Assembly: GCA_012295275.1 (NCBI GenBank)
Contig: CM022675.1
Span: 16,988,001-17,052,000, forward strand
DNA length: 64,000 nt
Direction of reading: 5' to 3'
Source of the DNA: Chrysomallon squamiferum
Taxonomy: Eukaryota > Animalia > Mollusca
Each line of letters starts with the position of its first letter. Position 1 is the first letter of the stretch. A program made the translations under genes and the position numbers. Positions 54,372-64,000 of this stretch are shown here, in pieces. Under the pieces are notes generated by a model. It was not told the origin of the DNA. It saw only the letters and a program-made list of their open reading frames with translations, and did no database searches.

Positions 54372-56094
54372 GAGACAGACAGATTTCAGGTAGCCAAAGA
54401 AAGCTTTGTTTCCATACTAAATATGATAAAAAAATGCCACAGCTGGATAGAAAATTGTGACTCTACTCACTGTTATTAATATAAGAATATCTACGTGAAA
54501 ACGCTAATCAAAGATTCCCTGATGAAAACACTAAGCAGGTTTTCGATATTGCTATCATTTAATGTCGAAACAACAACAGTAATGAATAGCGCCAATGGCT
54601 TTCCGTAGAAATCGTCTTCAGCAGACATTAGCATAATGAGCGAATGAAACAGCTCTTAAATCGCATGGCTGTCAAGTGACAATAAAGAACTAAATACACG
54701 AGGATCAGTGCGGAAACTCGCTGTCGCCAGGCGATGAACTTTTAAAAAAATGTATCACAGTAAAAGTCAGTGTGGAACTGGAAATAAAAAGCTCATTAAG
54801 AACTAATCTTTAATGAACAATTCAAATGTGGTGGATTTGGTGGAACTGAAGTCGATCCTAAATCATAGAAATTGTGACGACATACTCAAACAAAGTGTTT
54901 TCTTCGTCGTCGTCGTCGTCGTCAGCCTCTTCCTCGGCATCCTTAGTATCCGGGTCCCACATGAAGCATGAAACAGACTTTGAATTAAAAACAAGATTAA
55001 TCTTATTATTTTTTTTCTTTCTTTCTTTCTTTATTTATTTATTATATTTTTCTTTTTTTTATATATTTTATTTTCAGTTAACTTAAACAAGAATTTTGAA
55101 TTTGTAACATTTATTATTTTAATTTTTTTTATTTTACTGTATTTTTATTTTTGATGTTAACTTATTTTAAATATATTAACTTTTTTATTTTAAATGGAAT
55201 GATTTAAGTTTGTGTTCACTAAATACCTTCTATTTTTATTTATAACATTTATTTTAATTCTTATTGAATTATGACATGTGTACTTTGGTAGTTTTAAAAT
55301 TAGATAAGTATTTGAAGATTCCTTAATGTTTCTTTGTTAGTTTTAACTTTAGCATTCGTTGTTATTTGGGTTAACTCACGAATGCTGAAAAGATAACACT
55401 AACATTCACCTTTTTATAAGACAGTGAAGTAATAACAATACAACATGACTTGAGTGTGTCATTTTGATATCATTCGCTATCTCATTTCATACACAGGAAT
55501 AATTAGAAATGAGGGGAAAAAACACATCAATTAAATAAACTTATAGTTACTTTGTTTTCTTCTTGTTGATGCTGATTTGTTTGTAATTTTTTTCAATTTC
55601 TACATTATTATACTTCTCGAAATAACTATTTAAAAAGATGAAAAAGAAAGAAAACAGTGTTGTAATTTGTTATTAGAAAAGAATAATAATCATTATAACA
55701 GTGTCGTAATTTGTTATTAGAAAATAATAATAATCAGTATAACAACCTTCAAATACACTTTCATTCTTACCACTTAGAATAATCTCATGTGTTTGACATG
55801 TAAAACTGTCATAGTTGTTGAAATACATATTAATATATTAATCAGTACAGATTTGACAATCACGCAGAATTTCTGGATATATTAATAGTAGCTTGTGATG
55901 CTAATTAGATCATGGTAATTTATTATAATATATAATTTGATGCAATTAAGATATTTATTTATTTATTTATTTATTTATATTTTTCTTTTTCTGAAAAAGA
56001 AATATATACCTGTCTGATTTTTACGTTATAATTATAACTGTTTAAATCTCTATCTATGTGCGTTTTTATACATGTATACATACACGTACACATG

Positions 56095-56142
<48 letters not shown>

Positions 56143-56589
56143 CATACATGTTTGTTTTATATCTGTTTTTTAGCTTTAAACCCTTTTTATTGATTTTGTT
56201 ATATGTGTGTATGTGTGTATGTTTATATGTGTGTGTTTGTTATTTTAGTGGACTTTCAATTGTCACAGATAAATTTTGTTTCCAGTGGTGGTGGTGATGT
56301 GTTGTTTTGGTTTCCACATCAGTGGTTCTGGCATTTACACAGAAATAATAATTTTCAAAATAATCACACTAATTACATCTTACCACCCGTCGGTCAGTTG
56401 TTATTCTGTCATGTATCGTTTGTATGTCATGCATTGTTGTTACATACAACATTATATTTCCTCTATTGTTATGTTAAACTGTTAATATGGTCAACCATCT
56501 GTCGCTTTCAGAAGTATCGCTACCTTTTTACAATTCATTTTATTCCAGATACAGGTTAGTCAGCATGTAGTAATACAACAGCGTTTATG

Positions 56590-56630
<41 letters not shown>

Positions 56631-57743
56631 ATATATGTATGTTTGTATATATCAACGAAAGTACTACGTATTACGTACGTACGTATGCAAAAACGTATTA
56701 TCTATATGTGTGTGTGTGTGTGTGTGCGGCAAACTAGGCAAATAAGTAGGTAGGCATATACAAACTATATATGTAAACATGTAGAAATGTATGTGGATAA
56801 AGAGAAAAGTAAGCAGGTAGGATTGTAACTATCTCTATAATCAATATATGTTTGTTCCAGAGAAAAACTATGCTGTAACTACTTAATGGAAATATAGGAA
56901 ACAAATCATTAACCTCAAAACAAATACAAAACTGTAAGCTTTCTACAAACACATGCAGAGTTTATCAACAGGTAATGAGTTAAAACAAAACAAAACAAAC
57001 TAACAAATAATAATAAAAATAACCACAACAACAACAACAATAATAATAATAATAATAAATTGAATCTTTACTAATAATAAAGTACAAGAAATGCTTATTG
57101 TTAAATCATCTGCAAATATTTATTTGTGATGTTTATTGTTATCCTTGAAAAAGAATTAAAAAAGAATTAACAGAACTGAACGCTAGATATACACATTTCT
57201 CAATTATATGCCCCAAAAGGTTGCAAACACTCTCCCTCACACTGTAAAAAACAAAATAGCTGAATAAAAAATAAAACAAAATATTGTTGAGAGTTTTCAA
57301 AATTATATACATACCTTCTGTCGCCTTCGATAAATTTTCAAATTATTTTTCTGATTCAGTCTTCAAATGCGTTACACTAGGTTTAATAATAAGAACCAAG
57401 GTTATAGAGCAGAATCGAATAAAACATGTTTCCATTTATCTCCCTTAGCTTTGCTGACTCACGTATATGTTTTTGTGAAAAAAGAAATGGTTTGATTATT
57501 CGAGTCATCACGCGGCAACAGATGGTCGGCCCCTTTTACATACACTTGCAGACGGTGAATAAATTAAATTTCGTTTGTTCGATAGATTTAATCTGAACTG
57601 TTTATTATTTTGGTAAAAGTGAAAAGTTTTTAAATATCTTGTTTGACATATAATAATATAGAAAACGCTTAATTTGTTTATAAATATAAATTTGCTTTGC
57701 CGGAAGGGGATTGGTGTGACAGAGTATAATTGTTGAAAGTATA

Positions 57744-59533
57744 CTCTCCCAAAAAAGAAACGCAAAATGGTTGATTGCTTAGATAACTATTGTAAACTGA
57801 CACATATCGATAAATATAATGACATTTGGTGATTCATACATATAGCTTTTGTTACAGTCGCAAAAAAGAAGGTAACACAAAATAAAGGCTATGATCGTGT
57901 TTATTAGCCAAAACATCCCCGCATACAAAACACGTTACCAGTCCATGTTCACGTGCGGCACATGAAACTTGAATACGAGGGTTATAAAAATGCAAGGTTT
58001 CCGGATACTTCTGTTCGTTATTTTTGTTCTGACCCAACATCAAACAAATGCCACAACTGAGTGAACGCATCGAAACAACGCCATCGGCCGTTTACAAGCT
58101 GGCGAATCCTTCTCGGCTATAGCCCGGATGTTCCATGTATATCCCCAAGCACCACCATCTTGAGAATGTGGTATCGGTTCCAGCAACACCAAACAACACG
58201 TGACCGTCCCAGATCATGTAGACCACGAGTAACCACCAGGGCCCAAGACTGCTACATACGGGTACTTCATCTACGGGAAAGAACCATAACGGCAACCTCT
58301 ACTGCTTCAGGAATACCAGGTCTGTGTAGAATATCGGCTCAGACAGTGACCAATCGTTTACGCGAGGCAGGTATTCAAGCCAGACGTCCTGTAAGAAGAG
58401 TGGTTTTCACTCAACAACATCGTCGACTACGACGTCAGTGGTGTCATGTGCACAGAATCTGGCCTCAATTACGATGGAAAACTGTCTGGTTTAGTGACGA
58501 AGCTCGATTTTTGCTCCGTCGAGCTGATGGAAGAGTTTACAAAGTTTGCGAAAGTGTGTAAAATGTGAACATTCTGGTGCATTTTGTTGATCCATTAGAT
58601 CAGTGATTCTCAACCAGTGTGCCGCGGCGCACAGGTGTGCCACGAGATCTTCCTATGTGTGCCGCAAAATTTTGAACGGCACACTAAGAAAATGCGAAAA
58701 ACCACGTGATCCATAAATAAAACAAACAGTAGAATGCAAGGTAAAAACGAAAATATTCTCACTTCAACAGACAAGTTAGTTGCCCTCAAAAAGAAAATAG
58801 TGATTTTGGAAAAAAAAAAGCAATTACTGTCAACCTTTATATGTTCCCTTTATTGCGTTCTACCTGCATTAGAGAAATGATCCCTATTGTGTTTACTCAT
58901 CTGACAGCCCAGGACGAAAGCATCAACAATAAATTTCCGGCATTAAAGATAGAAAAGTATGATTGGATTAGAGATCCTTTCATAAATCATTCTTCCAACA
59001 TTGAACTTGAGTTACAGGAAGAAGACGAATTGGCCGCCCTTTCTAATGACCTTAAAATTAAAACATTCGACTCTGCCCATTGATTCATTTTGGATTTCAG
59101 TACAAGAGGTGTATCCCATGTTATGTAAAAAAAGTTTTAGAAATTTTATTACAATTTTCAACTAATATATGTGAATTAGGCAACATCAAAAACATGAAGC
59201 ACGAGAGATTACTAGGCACAAATTTCTCACTAAAGAAGCCAGCTATTTGACTGATGAAATTCAAAACACTGCATTGAAGTGAGTTACAGCTGTGTTTTTC
59301 TTTATTTAGTTTGAGTCATTCTAGGTGTCTATGACTAGGCTGGGTCTATGGTTCTATGCCGTCTATGACTTTACAAAATTCAAATATTTTTCATATATAT
59401 TTAGCCAGGTGTGCCGCTATATTTTCATGTGTTCTAAGGTGTGCCGTTGACAAAAAAAAGGTTGAGAACCACTGCATTAGATAGATGTTCCAACGTCAAT
59501 AAAATCTACTTTTGCGTTTCTTTTTTGTTAGAG
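57744..59533 (+). mobile_element. Internally deleted Tc1/mariner element with TIRs and TA target duplication
   Basis: Left end TA|CTCTCCCAAAAAAGAAACGCAAAA; right end, reverse-complemented, TA|CTCTAACAAAAAAGAAACGCAAAA. A frameshifted transposase runs from ATG 58048 (HTH, RPRSCRPRVTT, RLREAGIQARRP, WKTVWFSDEARF) and is truncated after the first catalytic Asp. Confidence 0.92.
58601..59474 (+). mobile_element. Non-autonomous hAT (Buster/Charlie-type) element nested in the Tc1
   Basis: TIRs CAGTGATTCTCAACC / GGTTGAGAACCACTG. A perfect 8-bp TSD CATTAGAT lies at 58593-58600 and 59475-59482, with a central TA. Subterminal GTGTGCCGC repeats occur at both ends. Remnant C-terminal transposase: MQGKNENILTSTDKLVALKKKI..., YDWIRDPF, SFWISVQEVYPML..LLQFSTNICELG. 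Confidence 0.95.
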
Positions 59534-60156
59534 TATATTTTTCAGTTAGCGTCTCAGCAGCGTTAAATCAAGACTAGAAATGCATTTTTGCTGTGCTCTC
59601 TTTTTTATTTCTTTGCTTTTCAGTTTTTCGATCTTTTGTTGTTGTTATTTTTTTTTAATTTTGCAGTTTAGCTGGGGTTTTTCTATTCAGCTGCCATGAT
59701 GCAGTTGTTGATTTTTTGTTTGAGAAATTTCGACGGCGTCGGGTGAAGCTTTTTTTTTTTTTTTTTTCGAATTTCTTTTGTTTTCTTTTCTTTTTTTGCT
59801 TTCTTTTTTGTTTTTTTTTTTTTAATAATTTCTTTTATTATTGTTATTTTTAAAATATTATTTCTATTATTTTTCTGTTTATCTGCAAGATATTTTTTAT
59901 TACAGTTTTCATTCATTCATTACTGCCCTTCATTCTGAAGAATCAGTCTATAAAATATTGTTTAGGACCTCCACCATTTTATCTCTGGTGTCGTTAGCAC
60001 TTTTAACCAATCGATATCTTCAAACAATGTTCAAAAAATAATTTTTAAAAATAATAAATAAAATAAAATAAATAGGCCTAATATTAAAAAATATATATAT
60101 ATATATAACTCGCGCCATTTTCAATTTGAAAATATCTGATTGTTTTATGTTGTGTT

Positions 60157-60202
<46 letters not shown>

Positions 60203-60813
60203 CTAATAAATATGTATACTGTTGATGTTGTTTTTGATGTTGTTTATCTAGTTTTTGATGTTGTTTATCTAGTTTTATTTTGTACTGTTTTCTTTTCTTT
60301 CTTATCCAAAACAGAAAACATTTCTAAAGAAATTAAATATTTATTACTCAAAACATAAATATATTTGATTTCTAAATGTATCGGAAAAAATAAGATCTGA
60401 AAAGGAAATAATAAAAATCTGTATATTTTATACTGCTTAAATACTAGCAAAAATTCTTAGTAAAATATTTGGTTTCTCGTTAAGTTATACGATAACAAAA
60501 TCTGATCACAGTTTAGCTGAGAGTTATCTCCCATTACATCCATTAATATCCCTGATAAAATGTGTGTAGAAGTTTAATTATCCTTTAAAAATATAAAGGT
60601 TTTGTTGCATTTCAGCAAAATAAGTTTAAAATGTGTTACCACTAATGGTAATAATAAAATATCATCGCCATCATAATCCTCATATTGCTGTTGTTGTTAT
60701 TATTATTATTATCATCATCATCATCATCATCAACTGAATAAATAAATACAGTTTGTTCCAATAACTGTAGGAATTAGCTTTAATAAATAAGTATTCTTCA
60801 TTTTTCAATATTA

Positions 60814-63800
60814 CTATTTTTGTTTCTTTGATATTTTCAATTTTATCACAACTTGTTGAATATCTTCCAGAACTGACTGCATATGTCTCATCTGATCCGC
60901 CATTCTGTTCTCCATATTTTTTATCCGATAATTTAAATCCCGCAAAGCCTCTATTTCGCTATGTTCAGATTTCGTTTGACTTGTTCTTGCGAGATCCGCC
61001 GAGACTTCGATATACCATTTCATATCTTCTTTGTCATCTGGTGATGGCAGAATCTGACCATGATGCATTTTTACTCGACTGAAAAGTTTTGTGCACCATG
61101 GACTAGATTTCTCAATATCGACTCCAAGCTGTACAGACTCAATTCGCCATGCGAGCTGTCGTCTGTGCAGGATACGTGAATACGAATCGTTCATCATGGC
61201 TATTAGGAGATTCAGTAGGACGATGGTCCCGAGGATCATGTATATTATGTAAAGAACTTTTACATAAAGAGTTGACCTTCCCACAGTCTCTAGATTTGTC
61301 TTTACATTGCCATCAAACAGCTCTCCCATGCCTATCATAAGATTAAAGAAGAGAAACATTGTATCAAGAGGAGAGGAATAAATTGCCATGAGTCCAGGAG
61401 AAGCTTGAAATAGGACGTGGACACAGAAAGAGAAAGCGAGGAGAACGAAGAGGTAGACGAAAAGAAATTTGAGAACATCTTGTACGATCATGTGTTGAAT
61501 CATCTTCCAGAAATAATGAATCAGTTTAAATCCACGTGTGAAGGTGATGGTGAAAAGCCAGCCTAGCAGAAGGGCTGGAGCAAGAAAATAGTCCTGGTAT
61601 GGATACTGTATAGAGAAGAGAATGATCCAGACAACAACAAGAAGAGCATATGTGAAAGTAAACAAGACGGACATGTATGTCTCGATTAAAGACATGATAC
61701 CGCCGTCCCTCTCTTTGTGGAGTTTATAGCTGACGGAAAACTGACCTAGACATACTGATTTAATTGTTCTATATAATACGTATCCAATGAATATTGCTGG
61801 TTCAATGGGAACGACTAAATAGAGGAGGATGGCTGGTGCGCCACGCGATGAATCAGAAGGTGATATTCTGCGTTTCTCTAATAAGGCATTTGAACAGTAG
61901 CTGAACGTTGACATGTAGACGATATGACAAATTATGAGCACGATGTTTGTCCATGCGGCCACCGATGCGTAAGCGTTTTCAATTTGTTTCAGAGGCGGAA
62001 TGTCCAGGATCTGAGAAGCTCTGTCGGTGGATTCCAAAGACAGCAGCCACTCCATACACGACGGTCTGGGATCCACGCGGGTGTTGTTGCAAAAGCCGGT
62101 CAAAGAGTCGTTGGTCAGTGGTGTGATGTGCGTGATGTTGAAACGCACTTTATTCTGCACCTCGAAGCACATGACGTCTTTCATCATCATGATATTTTCC
62201 ACAATTTCCACAGCGCCTACTTTGTACGCTAGTGCCAAAACGTTGATATCGGCCGTGTTGTAAATGTCTATTACTAGACTGCTGACTGCTTGGCGTTTGT
62301 ATCTGATATGAACATCACTGTCGTCTGGATACTGCAAGACGTTCTTTATGCACCACCATCTTACTGCCTCTTCTATGATGAGATCAAACATCTTCACATG
62401 TTGTTTAGTTTGAAGTGGATCGACTGTTGAAGCTTGAGTTAATCTATGCAGAACAGAGTCACCGTTTTCATCTGTGAGACCCAAATTAGCGCCATACAGA
62501 ATGAGACGTTTTACGCCTTCGAAAAATCCCTGGCAAGCAGCAAGATGGATGACTCCTTCTTTCTGGTTGTTCTGTTCATTGATGTCCGCGTCACGCTTCA
62601 TCGTCTCATAAATGTCCAGCATCATGTTTAGTACTTCCGGTTCACCTCGCCTCACAGATGCATGCAATGGCGTGTTGCCATGTTTACCTTTATCTTTGAA
62701 TCGGACAAATCTGAATTCCCATAAGACGTCTGGTTTGGCGAATTTTGCTGCAAGATGTAGCGGATTATTTCCTTCCTTGTCTACTACATTTAAGCTTTCG
62801 TAAGCATGCGACTTGATGACGTAATCAAATATTTCTTTTACAGTTTTTGGATCAATAAATTTTGAACAAGCGGCCACATGTAATACGGTCTGTCCTAAAT
62901 CATTTTTAATATTCGCTTTGGCTTTCTTTTCTAGAAGAGCTAGAATTGTTTCACCGTGTCCTTTAATTGTACTGATATGTAGTGGAGTGTTTCCTCTCTT
63001 ATTCTGAATATCCACGCTCAATTTGTCACTGAATTTCCTAATAATTTCGTGCATGTTGTCCATGGATGCATAATGCATAAAATTATTTCCTTCTTCATCT
63101 TGAGCTGCTGGGTCTAATTTCAGCTGAATAAGCATTTCTATTTTACTACAGTGCCCACCAGCAGCAGCCTGAAACAGTGGAGATTTCTGTTTACGCAGTC
63201 GCAACACTTGCTTGTTTTCGTCAAGAACCATAGCACCAGTCTCCATGAGAGCTTCTATCAAAACCTTAATGATATTGTCGTTGTCGTTGTCAACAGCAAA
63301 GATCCATACATCCTCCCCTTCGTGATTTTTATGATTTGTGTTGGCACCGCATTTAACCAGAGTGTGCAGAACAAACGGATGTCCAAATTTTGCAGCCAGA
63401 ATTAATGCGGTGTCTCCTCTCTCGTCTGCTTCGTCAATTCTGGCTCCATTTGAAAGAAGTGTCTGGATGACATCATTATATCCCTCCCTTGCAGCATGAT
63501 GAATGGGGCGTTCTCCGCCTCTTATACAGAAATTAACGTCAGCTCCATTCTGAAGTAAAATTGTCACAATATCATTCATTCCATAAGCACAAGCCACAAT
63601 TATTGGCGCCACAAGGCCTAGCTTTCTTGTTTTGTTAACATCTGCTTTTCCCATTCCAGCCAAAAGCGCTACCGTTTCAGTGAAGCCATATCTCACAGCC
63701 CAATACAGAGCGGTTGAACCTTTGTCATTTTCAAGGTCTGTCAGCGCTTTACGATTTATTAACATTTTGACCGTGGTCACGTGACCCCAGCGAGCTGCCC

Positions 63801-64000
63801 ACAATAAAGCCGTGTCTTTCTTGGCATTGATATGATTCACATCAACGCCGAAATCCAAAAATAATTCGGCCATTTCCGTAAATCCATGGAAGGCGGCTAA
63901 ATGTACGCACGGAAACGTCCTTGGTCTCTGACCTGAGATGGTAACGGGCGTTTCTTGTAGAAGTAATTTCATTAAGTCGTCTCTGCTCGAAATATTAGCT
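60814..64000 (-). CDS. TRPV-like cation channel with an extended ankyrin array (5' end probably outside the window)
   Basis: A 1052-aa ORF, also open upstream of the 63972 ATG to the window edge (ANISSRDDLM...). It has ~15-16 ankyrin repeats, a transmembrane region with FTRGFK (S4-S5 linker), pore LFFNLMIGMGELF, S6 LLNLLIAMMNDSY, TRP-box-like AWRIES and a C-terminal coiled coil. Confidence 0.92.
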   Translation of the reverse strand, partial: ANISSRDDLMKLLLQETPVTISGQRPRTFPCVHLAAFHGFTEMAELFLDFGVDVNHINAKKDTALLWAARWGHVTTVKMLINRKALTDLENDKGSTALYWAVRYGFTETVALLAGMGKADVNKTRKLGLVAPIIVACAYGMNDIVTILLQNGADVNFCIRGGERPIHHAAREGYNDVIQTLLSNGARIDEADERGDTALILAAKFGHPFVLHTLVKCGANTNHKNHEGEDVWIFAVDNDNDNIIKVLIEALMETGAMVLDENKQVLRLRKQKSPLFQAAAGGHCSKIEMLIQLKLDPAAQDEEGNNFMHYASMDNMHEIIRKFSDKLSVDIQNKRGNTPLHISTIKGHGETILALLEKKAKANIKNDLGQTVLHVAACSKFIDPKTVKEIFDYVIKSHAYESLNVVDKEGNNPLHLAAKFAKPDVLWEFRFVRFKDKGKHGNTPLHASVRRGEPEVLNMMLDIYETMKRDADINEQNNQKEGVIHLAACQGFFEGVKRLILYGANLGLTDENGDSVLHRLTQASTVDPLQTKQHVKMFDLIIEEAVRWWCIKNVLQYPDDSDVHIRYKRQAVSSLVIDIYNTADINVLALAYKVGAVEIVENIMMMKDVMCFEVQNKVRFNITHITPLTNDSLTGFCNNTRVDPRPSCMEWLLSLESTDRASQILDIPPLKQIENAYASVAAWTNIVLIICHIVYMSTFSYCSNALLEKRRISPSDSSRGAPAILLYLVVPIEPAIFIGYVLYRTIKSVCLGQFSVSYKLHKERDGGIMSLIETYMSVLFTFTYALLVVVWIILFSIQYPYQDYFLAPALLLGWLFTITFTRGFKLIHYFWKMIQHMIVQDVLKFLFVYLFVLLAFSFCVHVLFQASPGLMAIYSSPLDTMFLFFNLMIGMGELFDGNVKTNLETVGRSTLYVKVLYIIYMILGTIVLLNLLIAMMNDSYSRILHRRQLAWRIESVQLGVDIEKSSPWCTKLFSRVKMHHGQILPSPDDKEDMKWYIEVSADLARTSQTKSEHSEIEALRDLNYRIKNMENRMADQMRHMQSVLEDIQQVVIKLKISKKQK

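Noticed and set aside
55653-55745. 44-bp tandem dimer
   Set aside because: An ordinary local duplication in intergenic AT-rich DNA with no functional cue.
60828-63405. Plus-strand ORFs within the TRPV-like gene, and antisense ORFs within receptor exons
   Set aside because: They are shadow frames of a real coding strand with no independent features.

Overview
AT-rich, microsatellite-laden, intron-containing animal DNA. It is most likely a gastropod mollusc, judging from an abalone-like NPF precursor and molluscan-type nAChR paralogues; this is an inference. Most short ORFs in the track are microsatellite noise. Hand splicing gives six protein-coding genes. (1) An 11-exon Cys-rich EGF/atypical-Kazal protein (+, 3694-10876, with a possible alternative 3' end to 12223). 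(2) A neuropeptide F/Y precursor (-, 14110-12655) whose main exon is absent from the ORF track. (3, 4) Two tail-to-tail 7-exon nicotinic-receptor-like paralogues (+ 32980-39710; - 48749-41626), both predicted at 579 aa, whose loop-C tyrosines are replaced by basic residues. (5) A two-exon multipass membrane protein (-, 52885-51657). (6) An uninterrupted long-ankyrin TRPV-like channel ORF (-, 60814 to beyond the window end). Mobile DNA comprises a deleted Tc1/mariner carrying a nested Buster-type hAT with an intact 8-bp TSD, an older Tc1 relic and degenerate SINE-like remnants. The best candidate for a new system is the pair of Cys-loop receptors with an altered ligand pocket, possibly chemosensory and possibly binding an anionic ligand, lying near NPF and a TRPV-like channel. 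All gene models are hand-spliced and lack transcript support.
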